A stretch of DNA of 63,839 nucleotides, the filler included, from Octopus bimaculoides (taxonomy: Eukaryota): the NCBI RefSeq assembly GCF_001194135.2. It is 7 parts of 7 records of this genome, joined end to end, with 100 filler letters (N's around TTAATTAATTAA, not from the genome) between each part and the next. Parts side by side here need not be neighbours in the genome. Positions count along the whole stretch, not along the records: positions 21,353 to 43,709 come from NC_068983.1; 6 more parts are not named here. The stretch is one strand, 5' to 3'. The position numbers were made by a program, and so were the translations under genes. Position 1 is the stretch's first letter, and every line of letters begins with the position of its first letter. The notes beneath the pieces were generated by a model, which saw only the letters and a list, made by a program, of their open reading frames with translations, did not search any database and was not told the DNA's origin. Positions 25,042-39,760 of this stretch are shown here, piece after piece.

Positions 25042-26341
25042 TACATAATGTAGGTAATAATAGTAATCTATATATGAATATTACAAATATTTCTAGGAAC
25101 GTGACACACGGCGTTACGATTTTCATTGACGTAAATATTTTTAGCAAGAATTAACATTTCTGCTTCATTTGCGCACTCAGAGGAAAATTATATACAGTTT
25201 TTGTGCATATTAATTTCTATAAAATAATGTTATAGGATATTGTCGCAATTTACCAACCGAATTGCTAAAAGTAACATTAGAATAATATATTTATAAAATT
25301 TCCTATCCATCTTATAATATGTTAGTTTCATTCAAGTTCAGTAATACAAAACAAATTATGATTTGCCTAGAAAACATGTTATTGTCTAACGATAATGGTA
25401 ATATGATCAAGTTAAAATATATATTTCGAGTAAAACAAATTAATCATCTCCCATCCTTATTTACATTTGAATCAACTGCAAAGTATTGTTTCGTTGCATG
25501 CGCAAATATCACAAAATGCGAGCGTGTGTTTTTTTTTGCAACGATACGGGAACGTTTTCAATATGTATATAAAAGCTTTTCATCCATGAATTATAATTGT
25601 CCTTATTATTATTATTATTATTATTATTNNNNNNNNNNNNNNNNNNNNNNNNNNNNNNNNNNNNNNNNNNNNNNNNNNNNNNNNNNNNNNNNNNNNNNNN
25701 NNNNNNNNNNNNNNNNNNNNNNNNNNNNNNNNNNNNNNNNNNNNNNNNNNNNNNNNNNNNNNNNNNNNNNNNNNNNNNNNNNNNNNNNNNNNNNNNNNNN
25801 NNNNNNNNNNNNNNNNNNNNNNNNNNNNNNNNNNNNNNNNNNNNNNNNNNNNNNNNNNNNNNNNNNNNNNNNNNNNNNNNNNNNNNNNNNNNNNNNNNNN
25901 NNNNNNNNNNNNNNNNNNNNNNNNNNNNNNNNNNNNNNNNNNNNNNNNNNNNNNNNNNNNNNNNNNNNNNNNNNNNNNNNNNNNNNNNNNNNNNNNNNNN
26001 NNNNNNNNNNNNNNNNNNNNNNNNNNNNNNNNNNNNNNNNNNNNNNNNNNNNNNNNNNNNNNNNNNNNNNNNNNNNNNNNNNNNNNNNNNNNNNNNNNNN
26101 NNNNNNNNNNNNNNNNNNNNNNNNNNNNNNNNNNNNNNNNNNNNNNNNNNNNNNNNNNNNNNNNNNNNNNNNNNNNNNNNNNNNNNNNNNNNNNNNNNNN
26201 NNNNNNNNNNNNNNNNNNNNNNNNNNNNNNNNNNNNNNNNNNNNNNNNNNNNNNNNNNNNNNNNNNNNNNNNNNNNNNNNNNNNNNNNNNNNNNNNNNNN
26301 NNNNNNNNNNNNNNNNNNNNNNNNNNNNNNNNNNNNNNNNN

Positions 26342-26575
26342 TCACCACAACTTTATCTCACTCTTACTTCCTGTTTCTGTTGTGCCTGTAATTCAAAGGG
26401 TCAGCCTTGTCACACTGTGTCACGCTGAATATCCCCGAGAACTACGTTAAGGGTACACGTGTCTGTGGAGTGCTCATATACTTGCACGTCAATTTCACGA
26501 GCAGGCTGTTCCGTTGATCGGATCAACTGGAACCCTCGTCATCGTAAGCGACGGAGTGCCAACAACAACAACGTT
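26342..26575 (+). mobile_element. 3' part of a family F SINE (5' end lost in the gap)
   Basis: Near-identical to 53305-53527; ends in GGAGTGCCAACAACAAC. Confidence 0.9.
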
Positions 26576-26622
26576 AGTATTACTATTATTAAAACAATCA
26601 TCATCATCATTATTATTATTAC

Positions 26623-26686
<64 letters not shown>

Positions 26687-27789
26687 GTTCTTGTTATATA
26701 TACACACACACCGTCTATAAATATTGGTTATGCATTGTGATTTTATATTCACATTTTCTGTAGGATCAGCGTTGTCGTTGATCTTAATTCATGTTTTTTT
26801 TTCATTTACTGTTATTTATTTCTTGGACATCCGGTAATTTTTGATTTGCCTTTGCCATGCTCATATCGCAAGCCAAACTATCTCTTTGACTTCCAATAAT
26901 TCCTGTAGACAATATACTAAGCTTTTGATTTCCGCTGCTTTACTTTTGTTCTTATTACAATTATAATACTACATGAAGTCTTTCACCATTCAGTTTTAAA
27001 TACATTAATCTCATCTTATATCTAATAGACTACACAAAACCATAATATTACAAGTCTCAACTTAGGCGGCAAATAAATTACTGATATATTACTCTTAATA
27101 GTATATCCTAATTCACTCTGTGCATATGGTTCTGTGCAGTTTATTTCATAGGCAAACTTTAAAATATTCAACACGTAACGGTAGTTTATACTATACGATA
27201 CGTGCTCACTTCCCAATATATTTTACAGTTCTCAAATTATATTTGTATTGGGAAGGCATTTGGTTTGGATAGAGGTGTTTTCGAAACATTTGAATAAAGT
27301 TCATCTTGAAATATTTAATACGTGCTTAATGTTCATGAACTGTGATACACGTTAAGTAAATTACAAGGAGGATTACGTCACTACAAGCGTTACACTGAAT
27401 AGAGCATATTTTCCATAACGAAAATTTAGAATCTAAGTAAACAAGGGATTGAAAGCACGGCTTGGAATAGCTACACCACACAAACGACATATATTGAATA
27501 AAGTCAGTCATGTTTATGCTATGATAAGTGTTCCGATAAACACGGTATATTTAATAATAAAACCAACATTATTTCCTCTTTAAAAAAACCCTCAGAAGAC
27601 TAGATTTTATATAACAGAATTTCTATATATTCATCGTACTTAATGTTAAACAATGATGAATTATTCTACCGAAAAGTAAGTGTATGTAACATATAACGCC
27701 TACACCCATGTTAAATAGGAATTCAATATTGTTCCACATGCAATCGATATACAAAAAGGAAACCCATAATGCATTTTCTTTTAGCCTCA

Positions 27790-27845
<56 letters not shown>

Positions 27846-30800
27846 ATATATACATATACTTACATATACCTATACTTACATATACATATGTAGAAACGTG
27901 TCTGTATCACATTATAAAACTGTATGTCGTGTGGCCTTCATATCCGTGTATGTCCCTTAGCGTCATAATCGTTTTGCTCCTCTCTCCCTCGTAATTCTAT
28001 ACATACATGTTTATGAGTGTGTATGCGTTGATGACTGCTGCACGCGTGTCTTAGTCTCTCTATTTCTCTTCCCCATTGTTTATCTTTATATTTCTATTTC
28101 TTTCTCTCTCGCCAACCTCTCTCCTACTGCTGGAGAAATTGTATCTATAGTTTTTAACGTTAGATAATTAATTATTTATAAAGAAATCTGTTTGATTATC
28201 TGTATTTATCTGTATAACAATATTGCATGTAAAGAGGAATGTTTTTTCAGGATGAATGGGGAGAATTGAAATAAACAGAAATTTACAAAATATTCGCACT
28301 CTCAAAGGTTTCCGTTTTTGTTTCTACCACATTTATTTTATATCTGAAAGACGTAAATCCCCAGTTAGTATAGCGAAGAGAAACGCTTGTATACATTACA
28401 ATAAAATGCTTATCTGTTCTGGTATCTTGACCTTTCACTGCCCTGATCCATAATGACGTCTCACATGATGTTTATATAATTTTGTTTATCAAATTTAATT
28501 TCTAATTCGAGTGGCTGGTTACTTTCTTCTATTACATGAATTCATGAATAATAATTTTATGTTACGTAAGGCCGCGTATAAGTGTCAAAAATCCTAATGA
28601 ATCTTGGATGACATTATATTTTTTATACATTCACATTAAAAAGAAGAACCTCAAAATATCATTTCCCAAGTGCATGATATTTTTGATAACTTGATATATA
28701 TTGTATGGTTCGAAATTCCACAGGTGATTTATAATAATGATTTCATATTTTCATTTCTGCTTTGTAAATTACGCTACACTCCTCTATGATGTTGAATTCG
28801 ACACAGAAATCGTAGCGAGTGGGATATTAATGTGAATACAACCTGTAGCGTCATATAGCGTTTCTAGTCAACGCTTTCTTTCTAACTCCCACTGCTTTTG
28901 TGTATTTTCTCATAAATATATATTATAAAAGTTTCTCAATAAAGAAATAAAATTACAACACATCTGAGTGAAAACAAATAAAAAATAACTAAACAATATC
29001 TAGCAGGAATTATTTATTTCTAGGAACATGTTTTGCATATATTTTTCTGAAGGTTTTGGATTCCTACAAACATTAAAAAGTTATATCACTCTGTGAATAA
29101 TCCTATTCTGTACAATAAAAAACTATAAAAGATATACCTTCGGCTATATAGAGGTGAAAGATGTTTAAAAAGATGGAAACATCTACAGTATTGACGCAAA
29201 GTGTTGTATCGAAGGGAAGAAGTGTTTGATTTATTCCATATGTATATGTATATATTCCGAACATACATATTTAGTCATATACTAGAACACAGTAACATGA
29301 AACTACATACATTAATATATATATGCCCGGATACATGCGCATACATACATGCGTAGATACATGCATACATACATATATATATACATATACACACAGATGT
29401 GTGTATGTGTGGCTTTTGTATAGCCACACACACACTGACATGGAGATGCATATGTATTTTTCTGTGTGAGTTTCAACAATAGACTGGGCTATGAAGAATA
29501 TGTTCTGTATTGGTTTTCGATTTTGACAGGATTAATTGAGTAAGTTGTATAGTGTAGCAGAAATTGTTTCAGGAATTCTTATGGCGTTATTTTAGAGAAA
29601 ATCTCAACGTTGTAATTTCAAATCGCACAAATGATTCATTCTTGTTTGTAATCTGCCTTTGGGACATATTTTACTTCCATTCATAGGTCCCATTTCAATA
29701 TCACTTAAGTCCTTTTTAACACTACCTCGACATTTTGTATAGATTAAAAGAAAATATCCTTACTTTGCAATATAGCTAACGATTTACTAACTACGTAGAG
29801 GTTTTCCCTGTTGCAAATAACACTATATTTCCTATTACATGAGCAGCTCGTACAGGTAGAGAAATGTTACATAATGTATCCAAGACATACCCTTAAAATA
29901 AAGGACCAATGACCACAACTGAAATATTTTTGATTTTAGCACGAGATAATTTCTACTATCGCCTGTCAATAAAATTCAACACGTGCGAACTGCTTCATGG
30001 AAAACAGGCTGTACGTATTTCAATAACAAATTCAATACTATTTAATTTGATTTCAGTGGTTTGTATTGTTTACTCCTTCGTGCTACTTCTGTTATGCGGC
30101 CAAGCTTTAGTGTGGAATTAATTTAGATACTACAGAGATGTAGCATGTCATCGGTGTTGGAAACAACGCTGCTGCTGAGTCATTTATTCTTATTGTGGAC
30201 TGATCAAAATATATGTCATATCTCACCAGTAATTGGACAGGTGTTTTTTATGATTCTTACTTTCTGAAATTAAGACATGTTGTATTGAATGTTTTAGTCT
30301 TGTAATAACGTATTTATTAATAAAATATGAATGAACATAGTTACAAATAAAACATGTTTCAATACAGGCCTCATCAATCTACTTCCATTCGTATTAAAGA
30401 ATAAAATCAATTAGAAGATCTAGGCCTTACAAATGCAGTACCTTGGATTTGGAGAGATACTTTGTATCTGCATATATTCATGTACTTTCTGATGTTTGTC
30501 GGAATCGAAAACATCGGAATCACTTTTAAACAACTATTCCAGCAATGATACAATAAGCCCACTACAAATGAACTGAATCAGGAAAAGGTTTTATTAACTT
30601 CTGAATATATTTAAATTATTTTAGCTGCTTTATTCGTTTTGAATTCATTAAGATCCGATAGAAAAATACGGTTATTTGAAACTTACAAATGTATAATTTA
30701 AATGCGCAATGATTTCAGTAATACGCTAGTAACGAGAAAAGAAAATCTAATCAATATTTATAATATTCATAATCTGCGAAAAAATATCATGTATCTTAAT

Positions 30801-31105
30801 ACCTATATGGATAACAAAATTTATGATATTTGAAAATGCTATTAATTCTACCGGAATCTCATTTGCAAATCTTTCTGATTTTAAAGAACAGTACGTTGTG
30901 GAATAAATATATCGAGTACATACAACTAAACCAAAATTAAAAGTACTTATGTGAGTGACTCGTACGTGTCGAACTGATCTCGTATGTTTGGCAATGGGAT
31001 GAGAGTTCAGTAAGAAATAGAGGTTATGTGCTTAACTAGATATTCATATAACACTCATGCATATATAGCTAGGTACATGCATACACGCACAGGCATATAT
31101 ACACA

Positions 31106-31144
<39 letters not shown>

Positions 31145-31497
31145 NNNNNNNNNNNNNNNNNNNNNNNNNNNNNNNNNNNNNNNNNNNNNNNNNNNNNNNN
31201 NNNNNNNNNNNNNNNNNNNNNNNNNNNNNNNNNNNNNNNNNNNNNNNNNNNNNNNNNNNNNNNNNNNNNNNNNNNNNNNNNNNNNNNNNNNNNNNNNNNN
31301 NNNNNNNNNNNNNNNNNNNNNNNNNNNNNNNNNNNNNNNNNNNNNNNNNNNNNNNNNNNNNNNNNATATATATATATACGTATGAAGATATCGTGTACAG
31401 ATAAATTAATCGCATACAATATGCCATAGCTCTCCGTAATAATATTATAAAATGCTTAGATGACTATGTTTTTTCTTATATTATTTTAATATTACAA

Positions 31498-31710
31498 AGG
31501 CGATGAGCTGGATGAAACGTGAGCACGCAGTGCGAAATATTTAGCGGTGTTTCGTGTGTCTTTGCTTTCTGAGTTCAAAATCCGCCGAGGTCGACTCTGC
31601 CTTTCATCCTTTCGGGGTCGATAAATTAAGTATCAGTTGAGTACTGGAGTCGATCTAATTGACTTATTCCGTCTCCCATAATTTGGGGACTGTGCCAATG
31701 GTACAAAATA
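31498..31710 (+). mobile_element. Family E SINE
   Basis: GAGTTCAAAATCCGCCGAGGTCGACTCTGCCTTTCATCCTTTCGGGGTCGATAAATTAAGTA. Confidence 0.88.
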
Positions 31711-32144
31711 CAAAAGATGATTTTGATATTACTAAGTATAATATATATTTGACGAGGACTGAATATCTTACAGCAAAAATATTGCAGCACAGTATTCCAT
31801 ACATCTTATATTCTCTCAAATTCTTATTAACGAATATCACATTCTCGTACTTCAAGCAAGTTTGCTTTCGGTGGTTTTATGTTTTATCTAAATATATGTT
31901 ATAAGGCAATATTTTGCACTTTCATTTCTTCCATATATATTCCTTCAAGCACATTCGTGATCAATTGGTAACCTCCACGCGTATTATTGAGTCAGTCGCA
32001 AAACAAGTAAAGCATATTCTGTTGATTAAGTGTAGCTTCCTTCGTTTTAATTATTTGAAGTAGCTGAAGCCTACGCTGTACGGGAAGTTCTCTGTCACTC
32101 GCAATCGCACTAAAAATTCGTCTTGGGCGTTTAAAGATTGCATA

Positions 32145-32828
32145 CTCTTTTAGTTATTTCAGTCATTTGACTGCGGCCATGCTGGAGCACCACCTTTAGT
32201 CGAGAAATCGACCCCATGACTTATTCTTTGAAAGCCTAGTACTTATTTTGCCGAAGCGCTAAGCTACGGGGACGTAAACACACCAGCATCGGTCGTCGAG
32301 CAATGTTGGGGTGACAAACACAGGCACACAAACATATACACACACAGACATATATATATATATATANNNNNNNNNNNNNNNNNNNNNNNNNNNNNNNNNN
32401 NNNNNNNNNNNNNNNNNNNNNNNNNNNNNNNNNNNNNNNNNNNNNNNNNNNNNNNNNNNNNNNNNNNNNNNNNNNNNNNNNNNNNNNNNNNNNNNNNNNN
32501 NNNNNNNNNNNNNNNNNNNNNNNNNNNNNNNNNNNNNNNNNNNNNNNNNNNNNNNNNNNNNNNNNNNNNNNNNNNNNNNNNNNNNNNNNNNNNNNNNNNN
32601 NNNNNNNNNNNNNNNNNNNNNNNNNNNNNNNNNNNNNNNNNNNNNNNNATATATATATATATATACATATATACGACGGGTTTCTTTCAGTTTCCGTCTA
32701 ACAAATACACTCACAAGGCTTTGGTCGGCTATAGTAGAAGACACAGGCCCAAGGTGTCACGCAGTGGGACTGAACTCAGGACCATGTAGTTGGTAGGCAA
32801 TCTACTTACCACACAGCCACTCCTGTGC
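32145..32828 (-). mobile_element. Composite SINE (A head + (TA)n gap + D tail)
   Basis: Head at 32670-32828, tail at 32145-32345; the microsatellite hinge collapsed into an N gap. Confidence 0.85.
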
Positions 32829-33149
32829 CTTGGTCTTCATATTTTTAATAAGTGATATCTAGTACATGGATTCAGTTATCTAAAAAAAAAAAAAATTGCA
32901 CAAATATCAGAAGCGCGAAAAATGCAGTTAAACGATTATAGCTTTGTCAAACGGAGACATTGCAAATAAATGTCATTGTTACATACTTTTGTTATTACGT
33001 TATAAATATCATGTATGTGGTATGAAACATGATTGCAAAACTGGCTAAACTGTTTAATTTACTGATATAGCTCACTGAAATTGGACACTTCGGTTGAGTG
33101 TCTGTTCCGCAACAGTAAAAAATATTTCAGGAATTCTTCAATAGATATA

Positions 33150-33655
33150 AAGAATAGGTTATAAAGACAAGCACTATTACATTACGAGGAGAGTAGATGA
33201 AGCAATCTTAACGGTGTTTGCTGCAAGTTCTCTGAGTATAACAGAAAGCAGAGAATATACCATTGTGAAGAGCAACGTGCATAGATTGTTAAAAAAGAAA
33301 AGAAAAAGTTTTGAAGACATGAAAATTGCATTGAACACATACCAAGAAGTAGGAAACGCGAATTGCAACCTCTAGCACGGTTGAATAACTTCATACACGC
33401 AGACAGACAAATCATAATCCGTGAGTTTGGTTCATAAGTGGATAATAGTTAACGAGCACTACAAAAGTGGGAGAAAGAATTTGAGTTACGGAAAATATGT
33501 GCAAATGGATCGTTTACTTCGGCACTTGTGATGGATTGAAAGAAGTGTGGATGTCTGCATTGATCTGATGAAAGCCTTTGAAGCTAATGACGGCCTAAGC
33601 TTTGTGATCTGGTGACAGAGAATGCAAAATGGTATTTATGATCCTTATGATCATC
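33150..33655 (+). pseudogene. Heavily decayed mariner transposase, N-terminal half
   Basis: Fragments LNNFIHADRQIIIRE and similarity to the RKVCARWVP and IVTGDETW..YDP motifs, interrupted by many frameshifts. Confidence 0.4.
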
Positions 33656-33733
33656 GTCGATAAAATAATTAGCAGTGAAGTACAGGGTTGTGCGCTACGA
33701 CTTGTCTCATATCACTGAAATTAATAGCCTTTT

Positions 33734-33734
<1 letters not shown>

Positions 33735-33792
<58 letters not shown>

Positions 33793-33810
33793 TATCATCA
33801 TCATCATCAA

Positions 33811-33863
<53 letters not shown>

Positions 33864-33865
33864 CT
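33735..33865. repeat. (ATC)n microsatellite
   Basis: Direct observation; source of the poly-S, poly-D and poly-M ORFs. Confidence 0.97.
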
Positions 33866-35039
33866 AATAAGCAATGAACATTGAATCGGCATTCTGAAGT
33901 AATCATTACATAATTTTTAATAGAAATCTTGTTACGATAAGCATATGCTAATACATGTGTATTCATATTAGTGCGTATGTTTTCAGGAATAGACATAATG
34001 AAGAAAAACAAATGAAGAATATCAAAACGTAAGGTGTGATACCAATTTGTGGAATCTGTTTGAATATGCATTCAAACTGAAATTATTTCTTTTGGATGTC
34101 TGCACGTTTGCAAAACGTATGTGAAAAGAAAAAAAACATTTTTATCAGATTCAAACAACAGAAGTACATACAATTGAAATGCTGAAGAAGTTACATAATT
34201 TTACCTTTCATACTGCATATCATTACATATATGGCGCATATTTTTGTACATCTACTGGGTTTACAATGGAAACTTGAGAAATAAATGGCATAGATATTCG
34301 GCTTTGTTATCTTAATATACAAATATGTAAATATTTATGTTATAAAATTTATGATAATATTGTATGAAGGAATCGCTGAATAAATAAAGAAAGGAGCAAA
34401 TCAACAAGATGTTATGTATATTGTCTGCTGTACATGATATTTCCGAGATAAGTGGTTACTGGTTATGTAAATATGTATTTGGAATTTTTAACGTTGACGC
34501 TTTTATATAAAACTTAATTTTCGAAATATGTCATCATTATGATAAAATACAAATTCTTTTATATGTACACGCGCGCGTGTGTGTGTGTGTGAGTGTGTGT
34601 AAATTAGGAGAGTGAGAGGGGGAGAGGCGGAGAGAGAGAGAAAATATATAGTGAACCGAAAAAAAGCTACTATGAATATAATGAGTATCGAAAAGTTATG
34701 CTGAATTTCAGAGACAAGATGGCACCTTGAGAAAGATCAAGCTACTCCTCAGCAATCTTTGAAGATGTCACCAGTAGGACGTTGATAATCGAGAAGGCAG
34801 GTCGGGGTGGTAGTAGATGAACGGCTTTAAATTTATTGTGGGCAAAGGGAAAATCTATTCCATCAGACAACGGTTGGGTGTCAACTACCAAGTGAGCAGC
34901 TACTGCAGTGAAGCACCATCATGAACAATCATTTTGTACAGCATTTGTTATTTGGGATGTAGGAGATCAAACAGGTAGTAGTCTGGTGGGGGACGACAGC
35001 AACTGCCTTACTCATCCTACAGGACGTTATTTTCGTTTT

Positions 35040-35400
35040 GAATTTTTTTTTGGTCATTCAAATTATAATCATGCCCACGGAAATAGTATTTTGGGGACAC
35101 AGAATGGACTATACTAGAAGATTACGTGGAAGAGGAGTCTACAGTGACCAGTTTAGGCTGCAAGGAATTGCTGGACAATAAACAGAAACCATCAATTGTC
35201 AAGTGTGACAGTTCGAATGGCAACAAACGCCAACACGCGGCCTCCAGAACCATTAAACATTTAGGTTTCGAGTTGCTGGATTGACCTGCATACAGTCCAA
35301 ATTCTGTCATTTCCCACTGTCACCAGTCTAATATAGGACACGACATGTGAGGAAGTCATTGAATTCAAGCTAGCTTGGCAACTGAAATTGGAAATACAAT
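35040..35400 (+). pseudogene. Decayed mariner transposase, catalytic region
   Basis: TEIVFW/DTEWTILEDYVEEESTVTS resembles ATVFWDAEGVILIDYLEKGKTITG. HLGFELL and PAYSPNS resemble LGFELL..PPYSPDL. Confidence 0.55.
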
Positions 35401-38400
35401 GCATTATAGGGATAGTCTTTAACAACTGGGTATTTTTTTTAATGGTAGGTCAACATTATGATACGTGTGTGGGTGTGCGAGCGCGTCTCTGTGTATGTTT
35501 TTCTGTGTAAATTATACGATTAATTTGACGCAATATACATTACTGGAGCATAACGTAGTTTTCATTAACACGTTTTACAAAACTGAAATTGTATATGTAA
35601 TGCATTATTGTAAAATAAAAAGAGATGCATTTATGTCTTATCATTTCAAAACCATAACTAAGTCATATAGGGTTTTGAAAAATGCGTGTAAAACTTTCAA
35701 TCTTGACATTTTTTACTATTTTCTTTCTTGACATCTATCTCTAAATAATGTTGTCTTTAAAACGAATGGATATCACTGGGGAATAAAAGCATTATTTTCA
35801 ATAAGTAAAGTTATTTAATATAGAATAACATAGAGGGAATGCATTGTTGCAAGCTTAACAATAACATATCACTTTTAATTTAAGTTGACATCATTTATAA
35901 ATAATTAATGATTTAAATCATTTCTAAGTAAACTTGAATAACACGAGGAAGAACTTGGATGAGTAATTAATTAATTTCGTATAATAACAAGGAAACTGAT
36001 TACACTTACAGTAATATTACAACGAATGCAAATAAATAATGAAACTCACTTTCATTCTGAGTATCAGGCGTTTGCGTTTCTTAGTATTTGCTATAATATT
36101 TGTTTTGGACGATGTAACGAAGTCTTCGTAAGATGGGGATTTCACGTGTCGTGGGTTACATATATGCCATAGGGTCTTATGTAATTATTTGGTGATTGTC
36201 GTGTGATATTTTCGTTTGTGGCGACATCAGTAGATTCATACCATTATTAACAGTCATGATGAGGAACATGTTAGTACACTATAAACCTCAGCATATAAGA
36301 AAAGACAATAACACAAAATGCAGGAAGCACAAAACAGATAGAAACCTAAAGAAGGCTTGAATTTACACACACATGCACACACACACGCATACCCACACGC
36401 ATGCATACACACGTATACAAGTGAATGCACACATACACATAAACACATATATAACAGAATTACACATACATACATGTATATATGTGTGTGCATGTGTATG
36501 TGTATATGTGTATGTATATAGGTATGTGTATATATATATATGTGTGTGCATGCATATGTGTGTGTGTGTGTGTGTTATTCTGGAAGGTAGAGAAAACAAT
36601 TTTGAGAGGAAGTAAGTCGTAACAATGACCTGTTTGATATAACCTTCTCCATTGATGTTAAATGTGTCTGCCTCATACGTGTCAAATGTTCCAATCTTCC
36701 CAAATAAATTGTCTCTTTTGAAATTTGTTCTATATCCGTACAATAAACATATGAATTACAAATAGATTATATATAACGTAGAAAATGCAATCGATTGAGT
36801 GCGTGTGAAATATATGTAATCGGCATAAGGATAGTCCTAATTTACATAGCAAAATGTGAAAACAAGAACAAATTTACGATTAAAATATCCGGGGAAACAT
36901 ATTTGACTGGTATAATTTAATGGATATCATCGCCGAAAAGGCTCCCAATTTGTACCTATTTCTCCTGGCATCAAACGGAGAAGTTCACTATTTATATGCA
37001 CAAACGTACATATGCACATTCGGTCGCGTAAACATGCCACGGAAACAGAAACATTTAATATGGCCCGAGCACTTCGGAGAATTCTTAGAATTATGTACTC
37101 AAACATGGTATCGAGATGCATCTGCTACTTCATCACTTACGTTAGTTTTGTCCATATGTCAGGAAAATCAAGGTGTCAACTGCGACTCTGTCCAAGATTT
37201 AATTAATCGGATGTCATCATGTTGATTGTACCACAAAAGCGATTCTAATTCACAAAGCAGAGGTTAACCGCAGCTGCAATTTTCAAATTTCATCTATCAT
37301 TAATCATTTCTACTGAAAATGTTTACGGTATTACGGTAATACATCACATAGAATGTAGTCTTTCGTTCTTTCAGCAAATCAAAAATTGCATCGTAAAATG
37401 CTGTTCAATGAGTGAGTCTAAACTAAAGAGCTGGCCATTCCACATTTGCACACATGCATATATGCACAAAGCACATCAATGAACGCACGTCTACCGATTG
37501 TATTCGAGCAATTTTCTTTATACTCTAAGGCCTACATAAAAAACAACTAGTTTTAAGTAACATTTTAGAAATAGAACATATCAATCAGCACATCTGCGAA
37601 TCCAACTTCATCCCTATTTTATGCACACGAACACACACACGCGCGCACACATACACGCACATTTACGTACACACACGTACATGCAAACACAGTCATGTAT
37701 TTGTTCATATATGGATGTGACATGAAGCGAAATCCACGCCCAAATAAACGATTTCTATTTGCAGGGTTTCCACCAAACCGAACACTCAGTTGAACGCATT
37801 TCAACCAATTTAACATTCTAATATTCCTGCTGATGTTGTTTTTCGTAATCTAAAAGAATTATAAGAATTATACTGAAAAGTATTGTTTTAAACCACAATG
37901 AATGAAAGTATTTAACCTAAGACTTACAGGCCAATTTATTTTGAATAATATTCAGTTGAGAATTTTTATTAAAAAAATTGATGATTTATTTTAGTTTAGA
38001 TAAAATGACATAAATATAGATTTCAGTATTTCAGTTTGCATTTTCCCGCATTTATATGAGACATCTATAAAGTTAAGTAATGCCATTATATAATGTAATG
38101 TCACAATTTATATCAACAGAAATATTCACTTTTCAAGAGAATCAATAAAATTTTAGACAGTTTTGTGATAGGTAAACATGATGGGATTAATTTTCTAAAA
38201 GCTTTTCCATAGCCAAAATGGAAATTAGACGTAAGAACACATATATGTTATGTAAATACATTTTAAACGTTCGCATTATAAAGCTAATTTAGTATTCATA
38301 TTTTGTAGTTGCTCTAAGTAATAAATGAAGAAAAAATCCGGCGTTATACTGCAGTGTATATAATGTTGATTGGGATATCTGAGGCTTAAATAATTGATGA

Positions 38401-39499
38401 ATTATCAATAATTCTTTTTGAAAATAAAAGCATATTGGTTGACAAGGTATTCTAACAAAAGGAAATATATATTATGTAATATGTGGTGAACACCTTATTT
38501 TAGTCACATATCAGTTGTAATTGTAGGACCAATCACGATGGAATGGAAAGATGTAACCCCGGTACAACGACCGTGATGGGATCTGATTTGCTTATCATTC
38601 TCAAAAGAACACAGCAATTTTAGAAACCCTTATATCCGTTCATTTATAACTTTTTTCTCTCCACTAAATTGGGAAGTGCCGAGTTGGTATAATCCTCAGG
38701 CATTCCAAATTCTCTGCTTAATTTTTAAGTGCAACTAAATGAAACGATGGATATTATCCAATAATATCATTGTTGGTCCATTTCAATCTCTCCTGCCAGT
38801 TACCTCAGCCTGACAAAGCTATATCATCTTGTTTCCTGTGGCATTTCAATCAGATATTCGCACTATCGGCATTCGGACGTGTTAATGCAGAGAGGTAGTG
38901 GCTGCAATTCCTCTTGTGATTAGTATGTTTGCTCATCCATATTTATAAATCTAAATGTTTATATAAACAAGTATGTATCCAGGCGTGCTTTCTGTTTGTA
39001 CCTTGCATTTTCTATACGTAATAGCATATATATATATATAATCCGGGAGCAGAATTTAAAAGGGTTCAGTATTCTGCATAGAAATTACGACAAATTCAAC
39101 AGCCCTCACTCAGAGGATTGCGCCTTAAAATCTAGTTAATCAATCATATAACGAAAACTGCTATATAATATGCAAAATATCTGAACAGGAGTTTGAGATC
39201 TTGGTTAAATTTCCTGGACATGTTTTTATAAATTTTGAGAAAAAGTCAACAATATTTAGAGGATGGTGAATCGATTATTTGGATCCCAACACAGACGAAA
39301 TGCCTCGTAGCATTTTGCTAGGCGTTCTAAGGATTCAACCATCGTACAGCCTTAGATTTCTTGGCTGTTCCAGTGAATATAATGCAGCTAACATTTAACA
39401 AACAAATATAATTTAAAGAATATGCATCAATTATAATGACACTGATCGACAAAAACTGCTATTGATATGAAGAAATTTTATTATTTTTATTACGATCAG

Positions 39500-39760
39500 A
39501 TTCCAATCCAGGCCGCAGCAACAAAGTCCATCCTCCACACCTTTTGGTGCATCCTCTGTGTCTTGAGGTCCTGGATACTTTCCGGGCTAGTGTCCTCAAT
39601 CAAATTGTCCTCTTCTTTCATCACCATAATATGTTTTCTACAAGACGAATTTGGTTGCTTCCAATTGAAAGTGGCGTGTGCACTGACCAGATAGTCGAAG
39701 CTGTCTTTGCCTGATCTTCTCGCTAAATTTCGGCAGGTCTCCATACAAAGAGAGTCTTTA
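39500..39760 (-). mobile_element. 3' fragment of an RTE-like LINE ORF2
   Basis: LYGDLPKFSEKIRQRQLRLSGQCTRH, then after a frameshift LIEDT...DLKTQRMHQKVWR. Confidence 0.7.

Noticed and set aside
25319-26428. Longest ORFs in the track (369, 279, 264 aa) and other X-containing ORFs
   Set aside because: Read-through of N gaps.
28290-30563. Further minus-strand AG...GT open segments (YKINVVETKTETFESANI; SFVVGLLYHCWNSCLKV...)
   Set aside because: Weak splice signals, could not be chained in phase, and expected by chance in this much sequence.
36920-37225. 101-aa plus-strand ORF and a minus-strand GTAAGT donor at 37140
   Set aside because: No recognisable homology, and all candidate minus-strand exon frames hit stops.
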